IMG/VR virus record: IMGVR_UViG_3300042691_008527
Location: 1 to 64,000 of that record
Source: a virus
Length of the DNA stretch: 64,000 nucleotides
Strand: one strand, 5' to 3'
Shown here: positions 55,982 through 64,000 of the stretch, piece by piece
Position numbering within the stretch: the stretch's first letter is position 1
How the letters are laid out: each line of letters starts with the position of its first letter
Translations under genes and position numbers: made by a program
The notes under the pieces: model-generated
The model's input: the letters and a program-made list of their open reading frames with translations, nothing else
Database searches by the model: none
What the model was told of the DNA's origin: nothing

Positions 55982-56538
55982 TGGCTGATGCAGGAATAAA
56001 AAAGGTAACAATTGCTCCACAATCTTTGCCTTATGTAGATATAGATTCTAATGGTTTATTTTATAATATTAGATATAGAGTTATTTCTGAAGATAGAAAC
56101 CGAATTTCACACTGGTCAAAAGTATATCGTGTAGATATGCCCTCAACAACAGACGCAGATCTTCCATATACAACAGATGAAAGAATACATGTTAATAAAG
56201 TGGGTTCAACACCAAAAACTGTTATAGTAACATGGTCGCATCCGCTAGAATCTGGACTTAATCCAGACCCAGTAAAAGCACAACTAGAAAGAATATTTGA
56301 TGAAACAATTGCTTATGATGTTTGGATTAGATGGTCTACATTAAATACTCCAGATCCAAATAATCCAGCTAACTGGGCAACAGATTGGACATATTTTTCT
56401 ACTGTATCTGCTGATACATTTTCTATCTTTGTTCCAACAGGATATAATGCAATCGGGGTAGCTATACAACTTCCTACTGTAGAAAAAACTAGAGATGTTA
56501 GACTTACTCTTTTTCAAACCCAGGGGAATAACTTATAA
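55981..56538 (+). CDS. Minor tail protein
   Basis: RYRVISEDRNRISHWS. Confidence 0.65.
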   Translation: MADAGIKKVTIAPQSLPYVDIDSNGLFYNIRYRVISEDRNRISHWSKVYRVDMPSTTDADLPYTTDERIHVNKVGSTPKTVIVTWSHPLESGLNPDPVKAQLERIFDETIAYDVWIRWSTLNTPDPNNPANWATDWTYFSTVSADTFSIFVPTGYNAIGVAIQLPTVEKTRDVRLTLFQTQGNNL

Positions 56539-56547
56539 AGGAGAATC

Positions 56548-56991
56548 ATGGCTAAAGTACCACTACCAGAACGAGGACAACCACTTGATGTTAGTTATAT
56601 TTATCAAGTAACAAATGCACTAAATCAGTTATCTGATCAAGTATCAAATGCTACTTATAACTATACAACTATCGATACAGTATCTGCTGGCAAGCAAAAT
56701 GTTAAAACTTCTGAAGCTAGAATGATCGGTGGATTTGTTACTGTTGCAAGTAATGCAACTGTTTCAGCATCTAGCACTAAAACTTTTAATTATACATTTC
56801 CAGCAGATTTTAAATATACCCCAATTGTGACGGCTTCACCAATTAATAGTGGAAAAACTGCTGCTGGAGAAAATGTATCAGTTGTATTAACAGATGTTAC
56901 AAGATCAAATGTAAGTGGCCTGGTTAGGTTCAACGCATCTGGTGATGTATCAATAGTTGTAAACCTGATTATCATAGGTATCCCTAACTAA
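56548..56991 (+). CDS. Minor tail protein (H-type lectin/gp53-like C-terminus)
   Basis: FPADFKYTPIVTAS...NLIIIG. Confidence 0.6.
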   Translation: MAKVPLPERGQPLDVSYIYQVTNALNQLSDQVSNATYNYTTIDTVSAGKQNVKTSEARMIGGFVTVASNATVSASSTKTFNYTFPADFKYTPIVTASPINSGKTAAGENVSVVLTDVTRSNVSGLVRFNASGDVSIVVNLIIIGIPN

Positions 56992-57003
56992 TAGGAGTTT
57001 AAA

Positions 57004-57195
57004 TTGATTACTTGTAATAAATGCAAAAAACGCATGTTTGTTGATAGGCAGTATAGTTCTATTCAGCACCTTGAAATTTTTTGCATTTGCTGCGGATCTC
57101 GTAGATTTTTTCATCCACCAGAGAGCTCAATGGAGGGGCTATGGCTACTTCAAAAAGAAAAGACTTTAGCGAAGAATATAATAGTGAGCCTATAG
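57004..57195 (+). CDS. Zn-ribbon protein
   Basis: CNKC...FCICCG; AGGAG RBS, TTG start. Confidence 0.7.
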   Translation: MITCNKCKKRMFVDRQYSSIQHLEIFCICCGSRRFFHPPESSMEGLWLLQKEKTLAKNIIVSL

Positions 57196-57683
57196 TAAAA
57201 GGAAACAAAAAAGTTTGGTTCCTTAATGGTGATTTGGTAAGACCACATCATCATAGTAGGTCTACTGGCATGGTTACATTCTATAATATAACACAGGATA
57301 GAATGGAAACCTGTTTTATATCTGACTTTAAAAGAAATAGAGAAAAAGCATATACTGTTGGAGAAACGGCTGAACTAGTTCATAGACATAAAAAATATAT
57401 GCCAAGATTAATAAAAAGAGGGGTTATCCCACCACCAACTGGATCTCAAAAGGGTGGCAAGACTGGATGGCAAGTAAGATCATATTATTCTGAATCGCAG
57501 GTAAAAGAGATACGTGATATACTGGCTAGTCTACATATTGGTAGACCACGCAAGGACGGCCTGTTGACAAATAATATGACTCCTAATAAACAAGAGTTGA
57601 CACGTAGAATGGGCGATGGTATACTTACATATACAAAGACTGAGGATGGTAGATTTATCCCAGTTTGGAATGAAAGCATTTAA
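57141..57683 (+). CDS. MerR-like HTH DNA-binding protein
   Basis: YTVGETAELV.RH....RL...G.IPPP...YYSE. Confidence 0.65.
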   Translation: MATSKRKDFSEEYNSEPIVKGNKKVWFLNGDLVRPHHHSRSTGMVTFYNITQDRMETCFISDFKRNREKAYTVGETAELVHRHKKYMPRLIKRGVIPPPTGSQKGGKTGWQVRSYYSESQVKEIRDILASLHIGRPRKDGLLTNNMTPNKQELTRRMGDGILTYTKTEDGRFIPVWNESI

Positions 57684-57700
57684 TAGTACCTGGAGGGGTA

Positions 57701-57913
57701 ATGGTAGAAAAAGATACAACAAAAGTCTCAGTAACGCTTGGATATACCCTTAATTTGGGCAATTTCCAGTCTTTAAGGCTAGATCTTGGAGTGGTTGACT
57801 ATACCCGTAGTGAAGAGACAACTAACGACGCTATGGACCGTGTATACCAGTTTGTTGAAAACAAGCTGATCTCAAAAATACAAGAAGCGAAAGAACAGCT
57901 GGCTGACGAGTAA
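57701..57913 (+). CDS. Conserved phage protein
   Basis: GYTLNLGNFQSLRLD motif. Confidence 0.75.
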   Translation: MVEKDTTKVSVTLGYTLNLGNFQSLRLDLGVVDYTRSEETTNDAMDRVYQFVENKLISKIQEAKEQLADE

Positions 57914-58221
57914 TGGCTGACCGCAAAGACCGTATGGCTTTGCTGAGCAGATACTCAAAATTTCATACCCAGCGGTATGAGGCAAAGCCTTCTCTTAATA
58001 TTAATGTAGAGCAGTGGGCTGCTGATGCACTTGTTGAGTCCTATGGACTACACGGCTGTTATGATATTTTAGAGTATTACTTTAATGTAAGCCAAAATCC
58101 TTCTTGGAATTATTTTGCATATAATGCAGAGAAGATTTTACAGGCTAAAAAAGATAAAGAGCAAGATGCTAAAGACAGGGCAGAGCGAAGGAAGATGGCT
58201 AAGGAGTGGTTGAGTGAATAA
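57913..58221 (+). CDS. Hypothetical protein, possible helicase loader
   Basis: Coupled upstream of the helicase gene. Confidence 0.6.
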   Translation: MADRKDRMALLSRYSKFHTQRYEAKPSLNINVEQWAADALVESYGLHGCYDILEYYFNVSQNPSWNYFAYNAEKILQAKKDKEQDAKDRAERRKMAKEWLSE

Positions 58222-59440
58222 TACAGAGTCAAAACTAATAAGTGCTGTTCTAGAAGATAAGCAGATGCATGTATTATTACAGGCCAATGTGGATAACATC
58301 CTTAGAACTCATAGTGATATTTGGAACTTTATGCGCCGATATTTTGAGAGCAATGGTACAGTTCCTCCTAAAACTCTTGTAGTAGAAAAGTTTAGAGATT
58401 TTGTTCCTGCAGAAGATGTTGGATCTACTAAGCATCATCTAGAAGAGTTACAGTCAGAATATCTTACAGATAGCCTTAAAGATATTATTCGCAATGCTGC
58501 TACAGAAATTCAATCTGGGTCTGGCACAGAGGCATTAAATCAACTTATCACAAAAACTTCTGAGTTAAAGAAAAACACATCTGCAATTAGAGATATTGAT
58601 GCTACTGATCTAGAGTCTGCAGTTGCTTATTTTGAAGAGGTAAAGAAACAAAAAGAAGCAGGTCTTGTTGGTATAAAGACTGGACTTCCAGGATTTGATA
58701 ACTATCTTCCAGCAGGTATTATGCCAGGACAACTTGGGGTATTTTTAGCATATCCAGGAATAGGTAAATCATGGCTTGCTTTATACTTTGCAGTTCAAGC
58801 TTGGAAGCAAGGAAAATCCCCATTAATTATTTCTCTTGAAATGTCTGAAACCGAAGTTCGCAATCGTGTATTCACTATTATGGGTGAAGGCTTGTGGTCG
58901 CATAGAAAGATATCTAACGGAGATATTGAAATAGATATGTTAAAGAAATGGCATGCTGATAAATTAGAGGGCAGGCCAGAGTTTCATATTATTTCAAATG
59001 ACAATGGTGGTGAGATTACGCCATCGGTACTTCGTGGAAAGATTGATCAGTATAAGCCAGACTTTGTTATTGTTGACTATCTTCAGTTGATGTCGCCTAA
59101 TCAAAAGTCAGATAATGAAACTGTTCGTATGAAAAATTTATCTCGTGAGCTTAAGCTTATGGCTATTGGTGAAGAGGTTCCTATTATTGCTATCTCCTCT
59201 GCTACCCCAGACGATGTTACGGATCTGAGTACAGTCCCCACTCTTGGTCAAACGGCGTGGTCTAGGCAGATTGCGTATGATGCTGACTGGGTTATGGCTC
59301 TAGGTCGTAGTGCCAATAGTGACGTGATTGAGTGTGCCTTTAGAAAGAATCGTAATGGATTTATGGGAGATTTCCTAGTTCAAGTCGATTTTGACCGAGG
59401 GTATTATAGATATAAAGATTTTGAAGATAAGCAGGTATAA
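58214..59440 (+). CDS. dnaB: DnaB-like replicative helicase
   Basis: AYPGIGKS, ISLEM, IVDYLQLM, SRELK, IAYDAD, KNRNG. Confidence 0.92.
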   Translation: MNNTESKLISAVLEDKQMHVLLQANVDNILRTHSDIWNFMRRYFESNGTVPPKTLVVEKFRDFVPAEDVGSTKHHLEELQSEYLTDSLKDIIRNAATEIQSGSGTEALNQLITKTSELKKNTSAIRDIDATDLESAVAYFEEVKKQKEAGLVGIKTGLPGFDNYLPAGIMPGQLGVFLAYPGIGKSWLALYFAVQAWKQGKSPLIISLEMSETEVRNRVFTIMGEGLWSHRKISNGDIEIDMLKKWHADKLEGRPEFHIISNDNGGEITPSVLRGKIDQYKPDFVIVDYLQLMSPNQKSDNETVRMKNLSRELKLMAIGEEVPIIAISSATPDDVTDLSTVPTLGQTAWSRQIAYDADWVMALGRSANSDVIECAFRKNRNGFMGDFLVQVDFDRGYYRYKDFEDKQV

Positions 59441-59446
59441 TATTAT

Positions 59447-59773
59447 GTGCGACAATTTCATCATAAACCAATTAAAAGGGTACACCTTAGCGGTGAGATT
59501 TTTGATGAAGCAGCCATCCCTAGACTTAAAAACGAATACATAAGACTTTTATGTTTTCAAATGAAATCGTCTGGCTATGTGATAAGACTTGACATAGAAC
59601 CAGACTTTACAATAGAATATATAGAAGAAAAGAATATATTTAAGTTTAAACTATCAGTATATGGCGTTTATGTAGGGAGAAAGAGTAGCGAATGGATATT
59701 AGGGATAGACGGAACAAAAGTGATATCTATACAAAAGAGCAGATCAAGAGAGTACTCACAGGAGCAGGTATAG
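59447..59773 (+). CDS. Hypothetical protein
   Basis: ORF track; overlaps the primase start. Confidence 0.65.
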   Translation: MRQFHHKPIKRVHLSGEIFDEAAIPRLKNEYIRLLCFQMKSSGYVIRLDIEPDFTIEYIEEKNIFKFKLSVYGVYVGRKSSEWILGIDGTKVISIQKSRSREYSQEQV

Positions 59774-60636
59774 ATATAGAGAAAGAGATAGACTCTGACT
59801 ATATTATTTTCTGCCCATTTCATCCAAATCATAGAACACCAGCTGGCGAAGTAGATAAAAGCACTGGAATGTTTTACTGTTTTTCTTGTCAAAAGATTGC
59901 TGATATCATAGAGTTTGTTATGTTTGTTTCTGGTAGATCTTATTTTGAATCTATAAGATTTATTAAAGATAAAGAGCAGAATATTGATCTAGAAAAGCAA
60001 ATCAACCAACAGCTTTATGTTAAGCCAGACTATATTCAGTTTGATGAACTATTAATCAAACGACTAAATACTCAGGCACTGGAATCTCCTAGGGCAACCA
60101 CATATTATCATGGTCGCAGAATTACAGAAATGTCTATCAAAAAGTTTCATCTTGGATATTCTGAAAAACAGGACATGGTAACTATACCAGTTCATTCTCC
60201 AGATGGAATGTGTGTTGGCTTTGTTGGAAGATCTATAGAAGGAAAAGATTTTAAAAATACTCCAGGCCTTCCTAAGTCAAAGGTATTGTTCAACCTACAT
60301 AGAATAAAAAATTCTGATAAGGTATACATAGTGGAATCCTCATTTGATGCTATTAGGCTAGATCAGGTCGGGCTACCAGCAATTGCTACGCTTGGTGCCA
60401 ATGTATCAAATACACAAACTGAATTGTTAAAAAAATATTTTAATAACATTATTGTTATAGCTGATAATGATGAAGCTGGTAACAACATGAAACAACGAAT
60501 ATCTGATAAACTTGGTTCAAGGGTATCAGTAATCGAAATTGATCCAAAGTATAAAGACATTGGTGATATGGAAGATGAAGCAATAAAGAAGCTAGAGTAT
60601 AGGTTTGACAACTCAATCATAGCTATGCTAAAATAG
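59692..60636 (+). CDS. dnaG: DNA primase (Zn finger + TOPRIM)
   Basis: CPFH...TP, CFSC, IVESSFDA, ADNDEAG, KDIGD. Confidence 0.9.
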   Translation: MDIRDRRNKSDIYTKEQIKRVLTGAGIDIEKEIDSDYIIFCPFHPNHRTPAGEVDKSTGMFYCFSCQKIADIIEFVMFVSGRSYFESIRFIKDKEQNIDLEKQINQQLYVKPDYIQFDELLIKRLNTQALESPRATTYYHGRRITEMSIKKFHLGYSEKQDMVTIPVHSPDGMCVGFVGRSIEGKDFKNTPGLPKSKVLFNLHRIKNSDKVYIVESSFDAIRLDQVGLPAIATLGANVSNTQTELLKKYFNNIIVIADNDEAGNNMKQRISDKLGSRVSVIEIDPKYKDIGDMEDEAIKKLEYRFDNSIIAMLK

Positions 60637-60662
60637 AAAAACAGAAACAAGAGGAGAAAAAC

Positions 60663-61316
60663 ATGAGCGTAATTAAGGGACTAAAGAATATTAATACCCT
60701 GCTCGACAAGTCAAAGGTAGAATCATCAGGAATCAAAGTTCGTTGGGTAAAGCTTGCCGACGGACAATCAGCAAAGATTCGTTTCATTGAGGAGTTGGAT
60801 TCAGATTCAGCACACTACAATGAGATTCGTGGTCTTGCTGCAGTAATCTCAGAGCATGTAAATCCAAAGGATTACAAGCGTCGTGCTGCATGCACAATGG
60901 AATCTATGGGTCGTTGCTTTGGTTGTGAAATGGCACGTAAAGAACCAAAGAGTGGCTGGAGAGCAAGACTTCGATTCTATTGCAACGTACTAGTTGATGA
61001 TGGTCTAGAAGATCCATATGTTGCAGTATGGTCTCAGGGTATCAGCAAGCAGTCTGCATTTAATACAATTCGTGAATACGCATTAGAAACTGGAAGTGTT
61101 TCTAACCTTCAGTGGAAGCTAAAGCGTAATGGTCAGGGAACTGAGACTAACTATACCCTCATCCCAACTGCACCAGATGCAGAACCATATAAGTGGGATG
61201 GCATTGAGCCATACAATCTAGATAAGGTTGTTCGTGAAGTACCGTATCCAGAGCAAGAAGCATTTTACTTCGGCTTTGATACGCCTTCTACTACTGCTAC
61301 CAATACAGACTGGTAG
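60663..61316 (+). CDS. Single-stranded DNA-binding protein (gp32-like)
   Basis: KLADGQSAKIRF, C.....CFGC, KRNGQGTETNY, acidic/aromatic tail. Confidence 0.7.
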   Translation: MSVIKGLKNINTLLDKSKVESSGIKVRWVKLADGQSAKIRFIEELDSDSAHYNEIRGLAAVISEHVNPKDYKRRAACTMESMGRCFGCEMARKEPKSGWRARLRFYCNVLVDDGLEDPYVAVWSQGISKQSAFNTIREYALETGSVSNLQWKLKRNGQGTETNYTLIPTAPDAEPYKWDGIEPYNLDKVVREVPYPEQEAFYFGFDTPSTTATNTDW

Positions 61317-61319
61317 TAG

Positions 61320-64000
61320 ATGAACTACGTAGGCTTACATGTCCACACACACTATTCCTTGATGGATGGTGTCGCTACTCCAGAAGAATACGTGAACCGA
61401 GCAGTTGATCTTGGTATGCCAGCGCTTGCTATCACAGATCATGGTACATTATCTGGGCATAGGGAACTGCACCGTGTTGCAAAAGCAAAGGGTATTAAGC
61501 CTATCCTTGGCGTAGAAGGCTATATGACTACCAATCGCTTTGATAACAGAGCGAAGGCAGATAGAACAGATCCATTAGATCAAAACTATCATCATATAGT
61601 CCTTCTCGCCAAAAATCAAAAAGGTCTAGAGAATCTTAATAAAATAAATGAGATTGGTTGGACTGAGGGATTTTTTAGTAAGCCAAGGTTTGATTTTGAA
61701 ATTTTGTCAAAATACAAAGAAGGAATTATTGTAACATCTGCATGTCTTAGTGGCTGGATAGCAAAGGCTGTAGAACTTGGAGAACTCGCTATCGCCAAAA
61801 AGCATATTACTTGGTTTAAAGAAGAGTTTGGAGATGATTATTATTTAGAGATAATGCCACACAATCCTCCCCATGTTAATAAGGGCATTTGTGATTTAGC
61901 AGATTCTATGGGGGTCAACCTTGTGGTTACACCAGATTGCCACCATTCAGATACCAGCCAAAAAGAAATACAAGAGCTTATGCTTATCCTTAATACACAC
62001 GCAAAGCTTGAAAAAGATGCAACATATGATAAGTCTAAAAAGTTTGATAACTTCATGGAAAGACTTGATTATTTATATGGTGCAGATAGACAAATGAGTT
62101 TTAATAAGTTTGACATTCATCTGCTCTCTTATGATGAAATGAAAGCTGCTATGAAAAAGCAAGGCATTGAAAGAGAAGACATGTTTCAGTCTACCCTAGA
62201 TATAGCCAACAAGGTAGAAGAATATGACATTAGGTCTGGCATGGATCTATTACCAGTGCAATATCGCAAGCCAATGGAGGAGCTTAAAAACCTTGCTTGG
62301 GAGGCAATGGAAGAAAAGAAGCTTACATCTAACTGGATTGGTAATGATGTATATGAACAAAGACTTTATGAAGAGCTTGATATCATTGAGCAAAAGAATT
62401 TTGGTCCATACTTTCTTGTAGTCCGTAATATGATTAATTGGGCTAAGAAGGAAGGAATCATGGTTGGTCCAGGTCGTGGTTCATCTGCTGGCTCTTTGCT
62501 TTGCTACCTTATTGGTATTACAGATATTGATCCAATTGAACATGGTCTTCTGTTCTTCCGATTTATTAACCCAGAGCGTAATGACTTCCCAGATATTGAT
62601 ACAGATATTCAAGATTCTAGACGTGATGAAGTAAAAGATTATTTGGTAAGGCAGTATAAACACGTTGCATCTATTGCTACATTTTTAGAGTTCAAAGATA
62701 AAGGTGTTGTTCGTGACGTAGCAAGATCACTCAATATACCACTAGCAGATGTTAATAAAGTGCTAAAACTTGTAGATACATGGGATGAATTTTGTACATC
62801 TAGAACTACACAATGGTTTAGAGATAAATATCCAGAAGTAGAAAAATATGGAGAACAACTTCGTGGTCGCATTCGTGGAACTGGTATTCATGCTGCTGGT
62901 GTTGTAACAAGTAAAGAGCCTATCTTTAGACATGCTCCATTAGAGACACGATCATCTACTGGCAGTGACGAAAGAATTCCCGTTGTTGCAGTCGATATGG
63001 AAGAAGCTGAACGTATCGGTCTAATTAAGATTGATGCTCTTGGTCTAAAAACACTAAGCGTACTGAAGGACACCTTAAATATCATTGAGGAAAGACACGA
63101 TAAAAAGATTGATCTATTATCTATTGATATGGAAGATGTTAAAGTATATGAGATGCTTTCAGATGGATATACAAAGGGTGTATTTCAATGCGAAGCAACT
63201 CCATATACAAACCTTCTGGTTAAAATGGGTGTGAAAAATTTATCAGAACTTGCTGCATCAAATGCTCTTGTACGCCCTGGCGCTATGAATACTATTGGAA
63301 AAGAATATATTGAGCGTAAGCATGGTAGACATAACATTAATTATTTGCATCAAATTCTTAAGCCATTCACAGAAGAAACATATGGGTGTATCCTATACCA
63401 GGAACAGGTTATGCAGGCTTGCGTTGAATTGGGTGGTATGACAATGGCAGAGGCAGACAAGGTTCGTAAGATCATTGGTAAAAAGAAGGATGCTAAGGAG
63501 TTTAATGTCTTTCAAGATAAGTTTGTTGCTGGTGCTTCTAAGTTTATTAGTCCTAATAATGCTTTGGATCTATGGAAAGACTTTGAGGCGCATGCGGGAT
63601 ATTCGTTCAACAAGTCTCATGCGGTTGCTTACTCTACGCTCTCGTATTGGACGGCATGGCTAAAGTATCATTATCCGCTTGAGTTCATGTATTCTTTATT
63701 AAAAAATGAAAAAGATAAAGATGCAAGAACTGAATACCTTATTGAAGCAAAAAGAATGGGGATTAGCATTAAACTACCTCATATTAATGATTCAGATATT
63801 GATTTTAAGATTGAAGGTAAGGGTATTCGGTTTGGACTTAGTGCTATTAAATTTATATCTGATAAAATTGCAGAAAGATATATTGCAGCACGACCATTTA
63901 GTTCGTATAAAGAACTTGAAGAGTTTACCTTTACTAAAGGAAATGGGGTAAATAGTAGAGCACTGCAGGCATTAAGAGTTATTGGTGCTGCAACATTTAC
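61320..64000 (+). CDS. dnaE: DNA polymerase III alpha subunit, truncated by window end
   Basis: MNYVGLHVHTHYSLMDG, AITDHG, GPGRGSSAGS, FPDIDTD, IHAAGVV, KIDALGL, YSFNKSH. Confidence 0.95.
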   Translation, partial: MNYVGLHVHTHYSLMDGVATPEEYVNRAVDLGMPALAITDHGTLSGHRELHRVAKAKGIKPILGVEGYMTTNRFDNRAKADRTDPLDQNYHHIVLLAKNQKGLENLNKINEIGWTEGFFSKPRFDFEILSKYKEGIIVTSACLSGWIAKAVELGELAIAKKHITWFKEEFGDDYYLEIMPHNPPHVNKGICDLADSMGVNLVVTPDCHHSDTSQKEIQELMLILNTHAKLEKDATYDKSKKFDNFMERLDYLYGADRQMSFNKFDIHLLSYDEMKAAMKKQGIEREDMFQSTLDIANKVEEYDIRSGMDLLPVQYRKPMEELKNLAWEAMEEKKLTSNWIGNDVYEQRLYEELDIIEQKNFGPYFLVVRNMINWAKKEGIMVGPGRGSSAGSLLCYLIGITDIDPIEHGLLFFRFINPERNDFPDIDTDIQDSRRDEVKDYLVRQYKHVASIATFLEFKDKGVVRDVARSLNIPLADVNKVLKLVDTWDEFCTSRTTQWFRDKYPEVEKYGEQLRGRIRGTGIHAAGVVTSKEPIFRHAPLETRSSTGSDERIPVVAVDMEEAERIGLIKIDALGLKTLSVLKDTLNIIEERHDKKIDLLSIDMEDVKVYEMLSDGYTKGVFQCEATPYTNLLVKMGVKNLSELAASNALVRPGAMNTIGKEYIERKHGRHNINYLHQILKPFTEETYGCILYQEQVMQACVELGGMTMAEADKVRKIIGKKKDAKEFNVFQDKFVAGASKFISPNNALDLWKDFEAHAGYSFNKSHAVAYSTLSYWTAWLKYHYPLEFMYSLLKNEKDKDARTEYLIEAKRMGISIKLPHINDSDIDFKIEGKGIRFGLSAIKFISDKIAERYIAARPFSSYKELEEFTFTKGNGVNSRALQALRVIGAATF

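Noticed and set aside
143-63951. Many overlapping or antisense ORFs in the track (e.g. 25864..26514, 35537..36175, 36937..37392, 61616..63951)
   Set aside because: Shadows of well-supported genes caused by codon bias; no RBS or promoter support.
1-64000. tRNA, tmRNA or rRNA genes
   Set aside because: No cloverleaf with a T-loop consensus was recognised, and intergenic gaps are explained by promoters and terminators.
26960-64000. Inteins or introns in nrdJ, dnaB or dnaE
   Set aside because: Lengths and motif spacing look normal, and no splice or homing-endonuclease motifs were seen.
1-64000. Alternative genetic code or stop-codon recoding
   Set aside because: Long genes are intact under the standard code, and all three stop codons are used as terminators.

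Overview
This 64-kb window is part of a low-GC tailed dsDNA phage genome (siphovirus-type, HK97-fold head, long tape measure). It most resembles uncultured freshwater actinophages; that host assignment is inferred from leaderless genes, actinobacterial-type promoter motifs, a GP88-like gene and DnaE-based replication. Layout: (1) 1-5.9 kb, small early or host-takeover ORFs, mostly on the minus strand, separated by motif-dense intergenic modules; (2) 6-8.7 kb, accessory genes (AdoMetDC, FkbM, GT25), a membrane protein, an AT-rich block and a candidate sRNA; (3) 8.7-26.8 kb, a large set of modular fibre/adhesin genes (collagen, Gly-rich, Cys-rich) plus a secreted lysozyme-like enzyme; (4) class II RNR; (5) 29-57 kb, head, neck and tail genes, with no terminase in the window; (6) 57-64 kb, replication genes (DnaB, primase, SSB, truncated DnaE). 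The strongest unexplained signal is in the early region. Five promoters match the actinobacterial PafBC/RecA-NDp DNA-damage consensus TGTCRG-N10-TAnnnT exactly. They lie in or near repeated ~135-bp modules that also carry perfect CRP boxes, GACAC (WhiA-like) motifs, DnaA boxes, a 9-bp-period repeat and GC islands. Other highlights: a covarying pseudoknot repeat, a C-loop sRNA, a gene-less perfect promoter firing into an AT-rich block, a frameshift-free duplicated tail chaperone, and plug-in adhesin cassettes. All family assignments are from motif recognition; no database searches were run.
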